DNA of 64,000 bases from assembly GCA_951406725.2 (NCBI GenBank), contig OX597815.1:211110001-211174000 (forward strand), written 5' to 3'. The first letter of the stretch is position 1; each line of letters starts with the position of its first letter. The position numbers were made by a program, and so were the translations under genes. The DNA comes from Octopus vulgaris. Lineage: Eukaryota. The notes under the pieces are model-generated. The model saw only the letters and a program-made list of their open reading frames with translations. It ran no database searches and had not been told where the DNA came from. This document shows, piece after piece, positions 1 to 13,250 of this stretch.

Positions 1-1579
1 TGTATTTCCCTCCCGGTCTTTTAGAAATATTCTTTTTAAACCTAAAACGACCTAATGTACTTAATTTGACTTTCAATGTACCTTTTTCGTGCACATTAGT
101 TCTCACTTTAATATATTCTTCCTTTTTACCGTTTATTCTCGCTACTTCTCTGATACTTGGCCTGAATATTCGTTGTTGCAACCAAAAATTGCATCCTCTC
201 TGAATAAAATAGACTTGTGTCTGCACGGAACTTAATTAGTATTTTTGTATTCTTTATAAAGACCACTTTTAAATCTTCTATAAACTGAGTTCTCTATACT
301 TGTTGAAAATTATCCATATAGTAATTACGCGTGTGTATATTCATACGTGTGTGTGTTTACATACACACCTTAATGTCTTTTGGCGGTGTGGGAGGGGCAA
401 GTTCTAAATAAAAGCAATTTAACATTAAACGAAAACCTTATTCAATATTTTTTAGTAGAGTATATGCTGATTTTTGTTTTACAAAGGAAAGGTTGACGGT
501 GATTTGTGTGTGTGTGTGTGTATTTTTGGTTGTGAATTTCAATTGCAAAAACATGGAAAACACCAAACTGGAATCGCTCCCTTTGCTATTGGTACTACAA
601 AGAAGCGTCATACCTGTTGGGTGTGTGAAAGGTTCTCTTTAAGTAAAGACAAAGGAAATGGAATCGATAAGAAACCTACTACTACTATTGCTGCCGCTGT
701 TGTTACAAGTAGTAGTAGTAGTAGTAAGTTCAGTGTTCGATGTATTTAAGGTTCAATTATATGTTACACGGGTCGACATGAGAGCAGAACGAAAATGAAT
801 TAAACATATTTCCGGTCTTCTGTTGTTAACCATCTTAACTGCTCTAACCCTCTTAATAGCTTCAGAGATCTTCACATTATTCGCTATAGACTTCTTACAG
901 CATTCACTGATTAATTTAAATGTAGCTAGAATAGTAAATATTAGGTTAAATGATTCAAAACTTATACTCATTGCGCAACGTATTCAAAGCAAATACAGAG
1001 AAGATTTACAATGGATACGGCGAATGGAATGTATTATGATGGCAATTCCGTCACGTAAAACTAATTGATTTGTCCATCAGACAATGGACTTAAGTTCGCA
1101 AATGAAATTCAGAAATATCTTCTTGTTACGACAAATTGTTGAATATAAACTAAATCGTATGTGTTGATGTGCACTCGTGTAATAAAAATACGATTAACAA
1201 TGATTGCTTCTAAACACAGTAAGTATTTGATACAAGGAGAGGGTGGGGCTTCACCGAGACTATCAGCTCCATTTCTTAACTGGTTCTTTATTTTACTGAG
1301 CCTGGAGGAGAAATTGAAGATGGCTTCCGTGAAATTTAAACTCAATTCTGACGGAATTGTATTGCAAAAGCAAATCTACTGTCTTCATTGGAGGCTGACC
1401 GCAGATTAGTGGCCTATGGCGTATATTTTCATATTTTGAAATATGTGTAATGCCAAAGTGGAAGCGAATGTTTTCTCTGAAATCACAAATGTAAATTTTG
1501 CTCACTGACATTTGTGCCACACATTGAAGATAAGTAATTTTTTTAAAAATTCAATTTACTTTCTTTATTCAGTTATTTA

Positions 1580-2030
1580 GAAGAGCTTGCAAAACCTCTG
1601 GGCAACTCCTGCAGTTTCTCCTGAGACAAAGCATCTCTGATGTTTATTTCACCTATATCCTTTTTTTTTTTTTTTTTACTTAAGGAATGGACAATCTAAA
1701 CCTGTTTGGTGATGGGATTCAGAAGCGAAGTACTTCTAAAAAGCATTGGCATCCTTTCTGTCTCGGGAGACAATGGAGTTGCGCATGAAGTAGTCTAGTC
1801 CGGCTTTTATATTTCATATCCTGATACATACTTTTAGTTGCTTGCCTGCTGCAGAGGTTGCAGGCCGCTTTTCGAGTCATACTCTTAGCTCCAAGCACCC
1901 AATGGAGCAGGCGGCTTGTGGCGGGTCTGGCGTAAAATATGGGCGCTACGGGTTACCTCTGACGGTAGGAGGGACCTCCGTGTCCTATTGGTTAGCTACT
2001 GCCCACCTCAAGCTGGGCAGCCCCCAGTTA
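1580..2030 (-). mobile_element. Probable 5' UTR and degenerate endonuclease start of an RTE-type LINE
   Basis: GC-rich island in AT-rich DNA. Minus strand reads GGGGCTGCCCAGCTTGAGGTGGGCAGTAGC (GCTGCCCA/TGGGCAGT hairpin)...CCCGTAGCGCCC, then a decayed GKLQE-like segment. Resemblance to RTE 5' regions is from memory only. Confidence 0.4.
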
Positions 2031-3021
2031 AAAAGCATTACCTATGTAATAACTGTAACTAACTTTTGGCAACGTTAACGTACCAACGCAGTGTTCAGTC
2101 GGCGTTTTAACTACGACTCCTATCAACATAATCAAAGTAGTATACACTTTTTAATGCCAGTCTTACATTCTAACTGACGATTGGTTAATTACTGAGGTAT
2201 TTTATCATTTGAAACTCTTTTCCGTCTTTTCATTTCAACAGAATTTTAATTGTATTTGTATTTCAACGAAATCCTATCACGCGTATTAGTGTCAGAAAAG
2301 ACGAAACCATGCAGGCGAGGTATCTGCATTTCTTTTCTCTTACCGAAGCCTTTTAACTGTCTTGTATTAGATTAGCCAGCTTATAAAATAAAGTTAAGTT
2401 AAAGTTTATGAGCTACTTTCCATGAATTCAAGTTTTTTTTTGTCAATTTATTATTTTTTTTAGACTTATATTTAATAAGTTGATATTACAAGTTGGAGAT
2501 TGAATGCAAAATTTCATATTAGCAAACATAAGATTTGTATTTCAAGTTCGGTCTCCTATTTCAATAGATATACGAACTGATTCTATCTATCAGTATTCTT
2601 CAGAAATGAAGTGACACTGCTACACATTACGTTTTTAACTCGATCTACCTTGGAATTTCTGCTACTATATTTCTACTGCATATAAATTCAAGTGTTATGC
2701 TTTATGTAAGGTAGTGGAACTTCAATAGACTGCAAACCAATATATTCGCATAAAAACCTTAAAATTATGTTTTGCGTAGATCCAGTACTTGTTGCCTAAA
2801 GCACTGTTAAAACGAAAAATAACTTATAACGCCTTTGTGCTTTTAGTCAAGGGGAAAATTATTTAAGTATAAAGGCTTACAATTTCCACCTGTGCTATTT
2901 ACTAATATATACAGCTTTAGATCTAGTACAGAAAATTCAGATCTATAAGTGAGATGTCGAGAGGCTATAATACCGATATTTTAAAGCACAAATCCTCAAA
3001 TTTAGTAGACTGATGCAGTAT

Positions 3022-3190
3022 ATTAGGGAGAGTTTACGAAAAAAAAAACAACAAAAGACGAAGACAGGTGGTGTACAAATCAAACAGATGTATTAGTATA
3101 ACGGTCAGGAATAGAAAAAGTCTTTTACGTTTCGAGCCTACGCTCTTCTACAGAAAGGAACACAGAAAGAGCAAGGAGAGAAAATCCCAA
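3022..3190 (-). mobile_element. Short Penelope-like (pseudo-LTR type) repeat with hammerhead-like motif
   Basis: Reverse-complement homolog of 7600-7787. Minus strand 3157-3121 reads CTTT-CTGTAGA-A-GAGC-GTAG-GCTC-GAAA-CGT-A-AAAG. Confidence 0.6.
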
Positions 3191-4206
3191 AATGTAACTG
3201 GCAGTTATTACGACTTTGGAAGATTAAAGGTAACGTCGATCTTAGTAAGGTTTGAACTCGGAGCGTAAAAGGATGTAGCTAAATATCACAAAGTACTTTG
3301 CTCGACGCTCTAACGATTCAGCTAATCTGCCACTCTCAACGCGGTGCGATATTCCTTTTTAACATTGACACAAGACTACAAATTTGGCTGGAGTGAGGAA
3401 TATAGTCCTTCATTGACCCCTGTTCTACATTGGTACTAACTCCTATAACTAATGACAGATAAAACGACAAATACGACTTGAAATTAGAACGTAAAACGCC
3501 GTAGCTAAATATTGCAAAGAATTTTGTTAAGATTATTAGGAACTTCAGAAATGTAGTTCCAGAGGGTAAGTAGAACTCGGAAACTTTATTTATTAAGAAT
3601 CGATTATCTCCCTTGCAACTCATTTTAAACACAAATTTTATATTTTAAGCAGACTAATGCATCAAATTATACTTTAATATATACTTCTAGATCTATATTT
3701 TTCTGTTTATTTGCGCCACATATTTCATTTGTGAAAATTCAGGTTTAGAAATGCTAGTCAAATAAAATTTTATTTCTAGTGAATTTGTTAGAATTTGTTT
3801 CCATATAGCTTTTCCTCTTTGTCAGCTTTTTTGCATCCAAGTAAATTGGAGAAAAAAGTAAGTTTAATTGGCATTTATTTGACTATATCATACTTGAATC
3901 TTTGGTTTCAAAAACAACCACTTGTCAAGTGACCGATTACTCTCGTTTGCATGCTGTTATAATTTTTTTTTAGGCATATTTTATATATTTATCAAAGAAT
4001 AGTAAACCGTCTACAGTCGTTAAACCACTGTATCTATCCAGAAAGATTTATAGCACTAGATCTGGTGATACAGATTTCAAATCCTATGAAACTATGTCTA
4101 AATTCTATTTACAAAATTCGATATCAATGTTACAGATTATGAAATAATTATTATATTTTATCATTAATAGAGAAAGAACAATTAATCACACATCAGTGAA
4201 CCATTT

Positions 4207-4366
4207 TTTCAGGCCTTGGTGTTCGAGATGTTTGGAGGAACTTAGCCACTAACGGTGGAGTTCTTGTCATCGTTGACAGCTCGCCCGTGAAGGTTCTTGG
4301 TTGTTCCAACGACTTAGCCTCGGTAACGCCGCGAGCATGTTGGCCTGCTTCAGTAGATTCTGTTGA
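4207..4366 (+). mobile_element. 3' end relic of a CRE-clade-like non-LTR retrotransposon (restriction-like endonuclease C-terminus)
   Basis: Manual translation FQALVFEMFGGT*PLTVEFLSSLTAR / EGSWLFQRLSL-GNAASMLACF matches the 'ETLG..GP...FL...QRLSLA..RGNAAS' motif of CRE-type elements. Contains a stop and deletions. Confidence 0.65.
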
Positions 4367-4521
4367 ACAAAATGGTGTGTGACCACGGAGGATGCTTGAT
4401 GTGGAATATGTGTTTGCTTGTTTTCTTGCTTTCTTTTTCTTTTTTTCCTCTGGTTTTGGACTTTTAAAGTTTTAGACTTTTTAATGCGGTTTTGTATTAT
4501 ATATGTATCATACATTTTGTA

Positions 4522-4658
4522 AGAAGTTTGCTTACCAACCACATGGTTCCGGGTTCAGTTCCACTGCGTGGCACCTTGGGAAAGTGTCTTCTACTATAGC
4601 CTCGGGTCGACCAAAGCCTTGTGAGTGGATTTGGTAGACGGAAACTGATAGAAGCCAG

Positions 4659-4725
<67 letters not shown>

Positions 4726-4835
4726 CGTATGTTTGTCTGTGTTTGATTCCCATATCTCACTTGACAACCGATGCTGGTGTTTTTACGTCCCCGTAACTTA
4801 GCGGTTCGGCAAATAGCACGATAGAATAAGCACCA
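4522..4835 (+). mobile_element. SINE family B (tRNA-derived, CORE-like, internal microsatellite)
   Basis: GGTTCCGGGTTCAGT B-box-like head, CCTTGGGAAAGTGTC, internal (TA)n(TG)n, 3' CCGTAACTTAGCGGTTCGGC. Many copies elsewhere in the window. Confidence 0.85.
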
Positions 4836-6124
4836 TGCGTGGGTGTATATGTACGAGTGAGGGTATGCGTATATGTATGTGAGTATATGTAAATATTCGT
4901 ACTCATGCAAGGTATATATACCTGCATATGCAGGGGCGATGATACATGCAGATGAACGTATAAATGAGCGTGTATAAGTGCATACGCATGCGAATAAGGA
5001 TTGTATATGTAACTTATCTGATATATACATGTATATACAGCTTCACATATTTCCTCATATTACTAAGCACTGAACTGCTAAACATATAAATTCCTTAATT
5101 CTTCATATATCTCCCCCTCCGCCAACAATTAGACTCTACTACTACACATTTGTCATTCCTTTACCTCTTAACCCCACCCCTCTATCTTTTTACACTATAA
5201 CACCTTTCTCTTTCTTTCACCCATCATATCCTCACTCCTACTTTCAAATTATCTCCACTGACCACTGACTGATCTATATCTTCATTTTTCTTTTTTTTCC
5301 TTTATTCCCTTTATCCCTCTCTTCAAGTTTTTTTTTTTATATTTTTACTAATCTTCTCTCTCCTTATGATTGTGTGTACCTGTGTATATGTATATGGTTA
5401 TATGTGCACAGTTGCACCTAAACGTTGTATCCATTCACAGTTAGACGATGATGAGAGGAACAAACACACACACACACACATATATATATATATGTGTGTG
5501 TGTGTGCGTCTATACAAACATGTGTGTATATATACAACCTTCAACAAAGTAAGTCATGTACACAACTTGGACGGACACATACCAGTACACGGACATACGT
5601 TCACATGCACATACACATGTACACACACACACACACATACATAGGCACATGCATACGTGCGCATATACATACATACGCACATGTGTACGTACGTGCATAC
5701 ATACATACATAGGTATATATATAACCTGAACTAACTAGGTGTAGGGAGAAAAGAAAAGAAAAAAAAAATTATAAGTAATAGTAAAACAAAAGTTTTGTGA
5801 TATAGAGCTAAATGTCTGATAATAGGTTTTAGAGTTTTGTTTTGGGGGTGAGGATTCGTAAATCACTTCCTAGTTTCGGCGGGGGGGGGGGTTGAAATTT
5901 GATATTGTTGTGATGAGTGGTCAGTCTACATCTATCTATCACTACAGGTTTATAGCTTTAAGTTTATAGTGTGTGTGTGCGTGCATATATACACACACAC
6001 ATACATACATACATACACACAGGCGTACGTACATACATACATATATACATACATACATGCATGCATGCGTGTACACATACATACGTACATATATGTGACG
6101 AACTAACTGTTACTTTCTTAGATG

Positions 6125-6330
6125 CAGCACGGATTTTTGTCAGTGAACAGGTCGCGGTCTTATAGCGACGAAAATATTTTGACAAATTAAACTTAAATGT
6201 TGAAGTGAATCGAACGGCTTTTGTGTGTTTCTTAAATGGCTTACAAACACCTTCCACGCTGCAATTGTTTTCGTTCTAGCACACGATCTCAGACCAAATC
6301 ACTTGCTATGCAAGCACATCTCCGTAATCT
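6125..6330 (+). mobile_element. Interspersed repeat with divergent hammerhead-topology motif (6136-6186)
   Basis: TTTGTCA-GTGAACAG-GTCGC-ggtcttata-GCGAC-GAAA-ATATTT-TGACAAA: two stems, GAAA and a palindromic third arm. Confidence 0.5.
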
Positions 6331-6766
6331 CTCTCCTTTCTCTTTCATTTTCTCTTTCTCTTTTTCTCTCCCTTTTTTCTTTCTTTCATTCCTCTCTTCT
6401 TGTTTTCAATTTGACCTTACTAATACACTCCCTATTTTTAGGTCACTTAAAATACAAACCTCTGACTCTGCGATACTATATAAATTCCCTACTGGGAATA
6501 ACCAAGTTTAAAAATCTGGTGGGTCTCACTCATAAGGGAATCTTACATTGCTTATAAACTCTATATTTGGAAGGACTCATTTTGGACTCTTTTGGACTTT
6601 TGGACTTTACTCATAGGATATTGGAATATTGCATGTATACCATTATGCCTATAAAACGGATTTACAAATTCAATACCAATACATATCTTACATCTATTTT
6701 CTTTCCTCCACATCACTATTTGTATCACATCTAAACTAACTATGACTTAACTTTTCCTTTCACACC

Positions 6767-6821
6767 GTCTCCGATGAAGGGATATTATTATTAATTAATA
6801 TCTTAGAGACAACTGTAAGAC
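6767..6821 (+). ncRNA. Degenerate type I hammerhead ribozyme (Penelope-like element end)
   Basis: GTCT-CCGATGA-AG-GGATATTA...TAATATCT-TA-GAGA-CAACTG-TA-AGAC. Stem I GTCT/AGAC and stem II present; each core box is one substitution from CUGAUGA and GAAA. Confidence 0.55.
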
Positions 6822-6886
6822 CTATCTATACATGCTCTAATATCTATACAGCCTTGGTGTTTTTTTATCTTATTACGCAAAAAATT

Positions 6887-6938
<52 letters not shown>

Positions 6939-7599
6939 TGTGTGAGTGCACGTGTATGCATGAGTGCGTGTGTATATGTGCTTGTGTGTACATCTGCGTA
7001 TGAGTGCGTGTATGCATGTATGTGTGTGTCTATATGTGTCTATATATGTATGTATGTGTATATGTGTGTATATACATGTATGTTTGTGGGGGGTGAAGAG
7101 AATGGAATAGGTAGTTACGTACTACACTTGTTTCAACAGATTCACCAAACGCATATTATGTAACTTAAAGTGCCGCATATTTACTCAATGTTCCTTCGAG
7201 TACTTTTCTGTCTGGTTTTAGGAGAAACTGGGAAAAATTCGCCCATTTCAACAATCGAAACGCTACTGGAAGTATGAATTGACCAGGCAACATGCCTCCT
7301 CCACAAACTCCAGTGAGGTAGAAAGGGCTATAGTTTTAAGGTTATTCCCTTATCTATAAACAATTTTATGAGATAGCTTTCAAATGTTCTGAGGTGATTG
7401 ATATAATCATTATTTGGTAATGATGTTGAAAAGACGCTGAAACGATAAGAGTATCAAAAATACCAGATATAATATCGTTTGTAAGATACTTGTACTCACA
7501 CAATCCCATATACAGGCGGTAGTGTATAAAATAAAGCTAGACAACCCCACAAATGCGTAATATATTCACACACACACACACACATACATACATACATAC

Positions 7600-7782
7600 A
7601 TGTCACCATGATAGGTCGGTAGCCACTACACACATTTTTTCTCTCATTGTTCCTTTCTGTGGAAGTGTGTAGGCTCGAAACGTAAGACTTCTTCAATCCC
7701 TGAGCGTTATACTAATACATCTGTTTGTTTTCTACACTACCTGGTCTTTGTCTTTTGTTTTTTTTTTTTTCGTGAATCCTCT

Positions 7783-7787
<5 letters not shown>
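7600..7787 (+). mobile_element. Short Penelope-like repeat with hammerhead-like motif, between microsatellites
   Basis: 7653-7687 CTTT-CTGTGGA-AGTGTGTAGGCTC-GAAA-CGTAAG; same family as 3022-3190. Confidence 0.6.
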
Positions 7788-7839
<52 letters not shown>

Positions 7840-8224
7840 CGTCATTTCATAAATAAATTAGTTTTTCAATTGCATGAGCTAGATGTCGGAGGGGGACGGG
7901 ATAAACTACCTGCATCAACTTGCTCTAAAAGCAGGTAGTAATTTTACATTGTACTTACTCTTAGTGTAAGTCGTTTGGTGAGTTGAAGTTTAAATTATTG
8001 GTTGCTGTTTAATTGAATTATTGTAATTTGAATTGTTTTGTGCTGTGTTGGCAGCGGTGTCAAGTTGTGCTTTCTCTCGAAAAAATCGAGAGATAGCCAT
8101 AGCTAAAAGGATTTTTTTTTCTATTCGGACCTTAGTGGTTCCGAAATACCCTTCTCCTCGGAGGAATTAATTAAAACTGCAAACAAGTAGGACAAGTGTT
8201 TGCAAAAGAAGAAGTTTCGCGGAG

Positions 8225-9014
8225 ATGACGGAGATAAAAGGAAAAGAAATAAACATAGTAAACGTCAAGGAACACCAAACGACGGCAAGCAGAGTGGGCG
8301 GTGACGTGAAGTTATCACCACCAGAGAGGATTATGGAGGACATGGCAAGGAAAACCATCGTCTACAAAGTGTATGCAATGGAAGAGAAAAAGATAGTTCA
8401 AGTGGAGTCGGAAGTAACAGAAAAAGCGTTGAACGCAGTACACAAAGATATTGTGTTCATGTCGAGAGGTAACCGATTTGGGAAAGTGATTGTCCAATAC
8501 AGGTCAGAAGAAATTGCAAGGAGACAGGCAGGAATCACAATAAAGACAAATAAAGTGGTACTACTGCCCACGTACCTTGGAAGGAAGACATCAATGATAA
8601 AAGTTAAGGGAATCCCACCAGATATAGACGCGGTTTGGGTCGCAGCGGCTGTCCTATATGGAAACATGGAGGAGGTGGTTGTTTTACAAGCCTCAGAAAC
8701 TGAGGAAGCAAGATGGAAAGAAGAAACTAGAACTCGTCATGCAGGCAGACATGGAAACTTTGGAAAGTTTAGTCGAAACAGTGACAGTAGGACAGGTGAC
8801 TTTGAGTGTATGGGTGGAGGGCAGGATACCCCGCTGTTATAAATGTGGCCAAAAAGGCCACATTAGAGCACACTGCCCTCAGCAGAAACAAAATATGGAT
8901 AAAATAGAGAAGTCTGAACAGAAACAAGAGGGGCAAATGAAGGAAAAAGAGACAGAGGAAGTATGGACATTGGCAGAGAAAATCCAAAAAGGAAGAAAGG
9001 TCAGTACGAAATGA
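8225..9014 (+). pseudogene. Frameshifted ORF1p/gag-like nucleic-acid-binding protein (RRM-like + CCHC zinc knuckle) of an L1/Tx1-type non-LTR retrotransposon
   Basis: ORF 8225-8842 (IKVKGIPPDID, RRM-like) switches frame near 8715-8725 into ORF 8658-9014, which carries VWVEGRIPR-CYKCGQKGHIRAHC (CX2CX4HX4C). No ORF2 follows. Confidence 0.75.
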
Positions 9015-12000
9015 AACCCCAATCCGCCCCCACCCTCTCCCTACAGACACCAAACCCACTTATTCCCTTCCTTCACAAAATAAAAAGAAGAGAAACAGAT
9101 AAAAAAGTTTGGGCCTCCAGCCAGGCCTTTCGTGATACCCTTAAAGCAGAGCCCTTTTTTAGCATCCCATCGTATATATATATATACACACACATCGGCC
9201 TTATGATTCCAAGAGCTCAAAAATGTATGATGTGTGTCTTTGTACCCCACATTGTTTGATAACCAGTGTCGCTTTGTTTATGTCCCCGTACACTAGCGGT
9301 TCGACAAAAGACTGATAGAATAAGAACCAGAGTTAGAATTATGTACAGGGGTGGATTTGTTCGACTAAATTACTCAAGGTGGAGCTCCAGTATGGTCGAA
9401 GTTCAATAACTAAAACAAGTAGAAGATACGATACGAAAGATGATTGCTAATGTTTAAACTTCATTAGAGATTGAACTTAAAATTCAAGCTACAAAGTAAT
9501 AGTTACTAAGATAGTATTCTGAATTTATATTTAAATAACGAACTTAGAAAACATATCCAAATAAAAAAATAATACAATTTGTTGGAAAACTTCATGTTGT
9601 CTGTCTGTCCATATAACTCAAACAAAACATCAGCGTAAAACAAAAACATTTTTTAAAAAATTAAATTCCAATAAAATGTTATTCCAACGTGATAAAGTTA
9701 ATCAACAGAAATTTTTTGCCAGCAAAAAATCGTACCCTTTCTGACAATTTCAATAGTTCCTTTTCCAACAGACGTACTTCTAGCAAAATGAAAAAATTAA
9801 TGTCACATTATATTAGTAAGAGTGCAATTTTATATTATACTTTATTCACCAATGTTCCTAATTTAAAGGAAAGGTGTAAGGCAATTTAAATTTTAAAAAT
9901 CAGAATATGATTTTTGAGAGAAAAAAAAAATAATATAAATGAAGCAACTTAAGAAAATAATAATAATATTGATGATAACGAGGATGAGGATGAGGAGGAG
10001 GATAGTGATAGAGACTATTGCGGTAGTGATTGTGGAGGTGACGACGAAAATGGTGCTCATAATGATGACGATCACGTTCATAATGATAATAATTTATACA
10101 TAATCATTTAGAAATGATTTTGGAAAAGAATAATTGGTTCCCTGAAACACTATGCTTGATATCTCTGCTAATATTAATCATTTTGATGTTTTGTTCTAAC
10201 ACCTGCCTCAGTTTTAGATTTAATGCTCTACAAGATAACTTAATAACAATATTTGAAAATAAAAGCTATTGAAGCCAGTACAGATGTCAAGCTTTACCTT
10301 ATATGGAAATCTGCAGCGAATGCCAAAGACCAAATGACAAATTCTGTTTATTTTCCTGTTACTATGGCAGACGAGGTAATCAAGAATTTATGGATAGTAA
10401 ATTTATTAGAAATTATTGGACAGGAGTAAATTCCATCTATTTAATATGTATAGGTGAAATTTAAGATAATGCAGAATTGTTATTTAGCAAGCTTTCATTG
10501 GCAATTCAGATAGCTTGCTTAAAATAAACGTCAAAGAAAGTGAGGGGGAATGTGGAAATAACAAAAATCGCTGTTTAAATAATGTGAGCTACTATCAATT
10601 TTGCTGTTGAAAATTTATGAGGAATTAAGGTTAGTAGGATTTAGAGAAGAGAATTGTAAGTGTACGGCTTTCATTCTTTCTCAAATTGGAAAGTATTTTA
10701 GGGAGATAATCAAATTTTATCTTAAGCTTACTAACGATAAACATTAAATGAATAACATTGTTTAGGCTACCAAACTTATCACTTGCAAATAATGGATTTG
10801 GATTCCATTACTAGAGTCATTTAAGATGGCGAGCTGGCGGAATCGTCAGCGTATTTGTGCCAAAATTAGAATAATTATAATTACTTGAAAACTAATTAAA
10901 AAGGCAGTAAGAGGCAGAATCGTTAGTACACTGGACGAAGTACTGAACGACATTTCGTCTGTCTTATGTTCTGAGTTCGAATTCCGCTGTGATCGAGTTT
11001 GCTTTCCATTCTTTCTAAGTCTATGAAGTCAGTTGATCATCAAGGTCGGTGTAATCGACTATCCCACTCCCCACCCCAATTTCAGGTTCTGTGTCTATAG
11101 TAACCATGATCATTAGAACTATTTTATATGAAGTAGAGAAAGGAACTCACAATATCAATGCAGTAATTTCTCTATTTCCTGACTTTTTAAATTCATTCTT
11201 GGAAATGAATTTTCATATAAAATATAAACCTAATTAAATATTTATGCTGTTATAGACCAAAAGACTCCTCAAACATTCTTTATCTTTATTAGAAAAAATA
11301 ATTTTTTCTACTTTAAGTACAAGACCTGAAATTTGGGTGGCGGGGTCTAATCGATTACGTTGACCCAGTGCTCGGCTGGTACTTACTTTGTCGAATCCGA
11401 AAGAATGAGGAAAGTTCAACCTCTGTTACACTTAGACTCAGAACGTGAAGCCTGACGAAATGTCGCTAAACATTTTGCCCAACGTGGGAACGACTCCAAC
11501 TTTTTATTACAAAAAAAAAAAAGCTAATAGATTAATTTCACTTATCTGACATCATAAAACTTCAGGTACCTCACCGTCAAGTATTCAGTACTAGAAAGGA
11601 CGATGATATATAAGTACTAGAAAGAACATTTGAATAAAAACGATGGATATAATTCAGAAAACTTAATTATTAATACCTTCAAACTTATTTTAGTTATATA
11701 CAATATTTTAATCGTTGGTCAAATGTAGCCGAATGAATAAGTTCGTTTCGCAACCACGAGGTTCCGGATTCAATCTCACTGCGTGGCATCTTGGGTGAAT
11801 GGCATGTTCCATAGCCGTAGTTTGATCCATACTCTGTGAGGGAAATACAATAGAAAAAAACTATATAGAAGCCCAGCGAGTGGACTGTACCTGTAAGTCA
11901 AACGGTATAGTATTGTCGCACACTGCTATTCAATGTTATAGACCCCGAGTTCCGGATGTAGTTGAAGGGGTGCCGTAATGACATTCGACATGTCTTAAGC

Positions 12001-12499
12001 TTTTAATTAGACCAGCAGAAGCCCGCCCATCTCCAGCCGGTCCTTTCTAGAAACTGAGAGATAGCGAGAAAGAATAGTAACTGGAAGAACTGGTAGTACT
12101 TAATTTAGGCCGAAAGGCAAAGGTGATCTATGCGTAATTTTAACACCGATCGTACACAGCTGGAACGATTGTTGCAGTCATCTATCCGACGCTCTATCAT
12201 GATGATTCTCAAACTGAGCTCCGCGGTTCTCTAGAGGACCACAAAGCGATTTTAAAGGGACTGCTAAGGGACGTTGAAGTATCGGGAAAACGGGTGATTT
12301 GAGACTGAAGTTTTAAAATTTTAAAACTTCAAATTTTTCGCATGCTATCATCCTTTTTTTTTTATCATTGACCCCAAAACCCAACGCCTATCCTACATGA
12401 TCATTTGATAATCACACTTGTGGTGCAACAGGTGTGATTGTCCGATGGAAAATATGTGGGTATAACGGTTGATCGTGCATGTGCTGTCGGTATTCAACG

Positions 12500-12733
12500 A
12501 AGGCGGCGAGCTGGCAGAATCGTTAGCGCGCCGGGCGAAATGCTTAGCGGTGTTTCGTCTGCGTTACGTTGTGAGTTCAAATTCCGCCGAGGTCGACTTT
12601 GCCTTTCATCCTTTCGGGGTCGATAAATTAAGTACCAGTTACGCACTGGGGTCAATATAATCGACTTAATCCGTTTGTCTGTCCTTGTTTGTCCCCTCTA
12701 TGTTTAGCCCCCTGTGGGTAATAAAGAAATAGG
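12500..12733 (+). mobile_element. SINE family A (tRNA-derived), full length
   Basis: GGCGGCGAGCTGGCAGAATCG A-box-like, GAGTTCAAATTCC B-box, central GCCTTTCATCCTTTCGGGGTCGATAAATTAAGTACCAG. Flanked by short direct repeat GGTATTCAACG (12489-12499, 12732-12742). Confidence 0.9.
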
Positions 12734-12981
12734 TATTCAACGCTTATATGATTCACCACGCCAAATTGCAATCCACACGTTTGCGTGTCTCTCGCCGTCA
12801 TTATCTTCACCGGTGCATGTTCCCGCATGAGCTTGCCCTTTGCCAGACACCCGCTCTCATCCCGCTTCATAGTCCGGAAATCAGGGTACACGAATGTATG
12901 TAATTTTTTCCTTGTTAATTATCTTGCATTTTATAGAGGACCGCGAATCATCGAAAAAAGTGTAAGGGGACCCTTACACTT

Positions 12982-13250
12982 TCGGGGCCGATATAATCGA
13001 CTTAATCCCTTTGTCTGTCCTTATTTGTCCTGCCCTTTGTGGGTAGTAAAGAAATAGGTATTTCGTCTGTCTTAGGCGGCGAGCTGGCAGAATCGTTAGC
13101 ACGTCGGACGAAATGCTTAGCGGTATTTCGTCAGCCGCTACGGAGTTCAAATTCCGCCGAGGTCGACTTTGCTTTTTATCCTTTCGGGGTCGATTAAACA
13201 AGTACCAGTTACGCACTGGGGTCGATATAATCGACTTAATTTGTTTGTCT
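12982..13250 (+). mobile_element. SINE family A tail plus a second copy
   Basis: Same sequence as 12500-12733. Confidence 0.85.

Noticed and set aside
474-1520. Cluster of short ORFs at the window start
   Set aside because: 60-90 aa, mostly non-ATG starts, no motifs or consistent splice signals.
4659-7163. HTHT/YIYI/CVCV ORFs (also at 18.9-19.6, 24.6-25.2 and 44.3 kb)
   Set aside because: Dinucleotide microsatellite translations.
10247-10376. Cys-rich or open stretch ending in a GAG|gtaatc donor-like site
   Set aside because: In-frame stops just upstream, no convincing acceptor and no recognisable homology.
12500-12600. tRNA genes (A/B box-like motifs at many loci)
   Set aside because: These are SINE heads that continue into shared SINE bodies; no complete cloverleaf.
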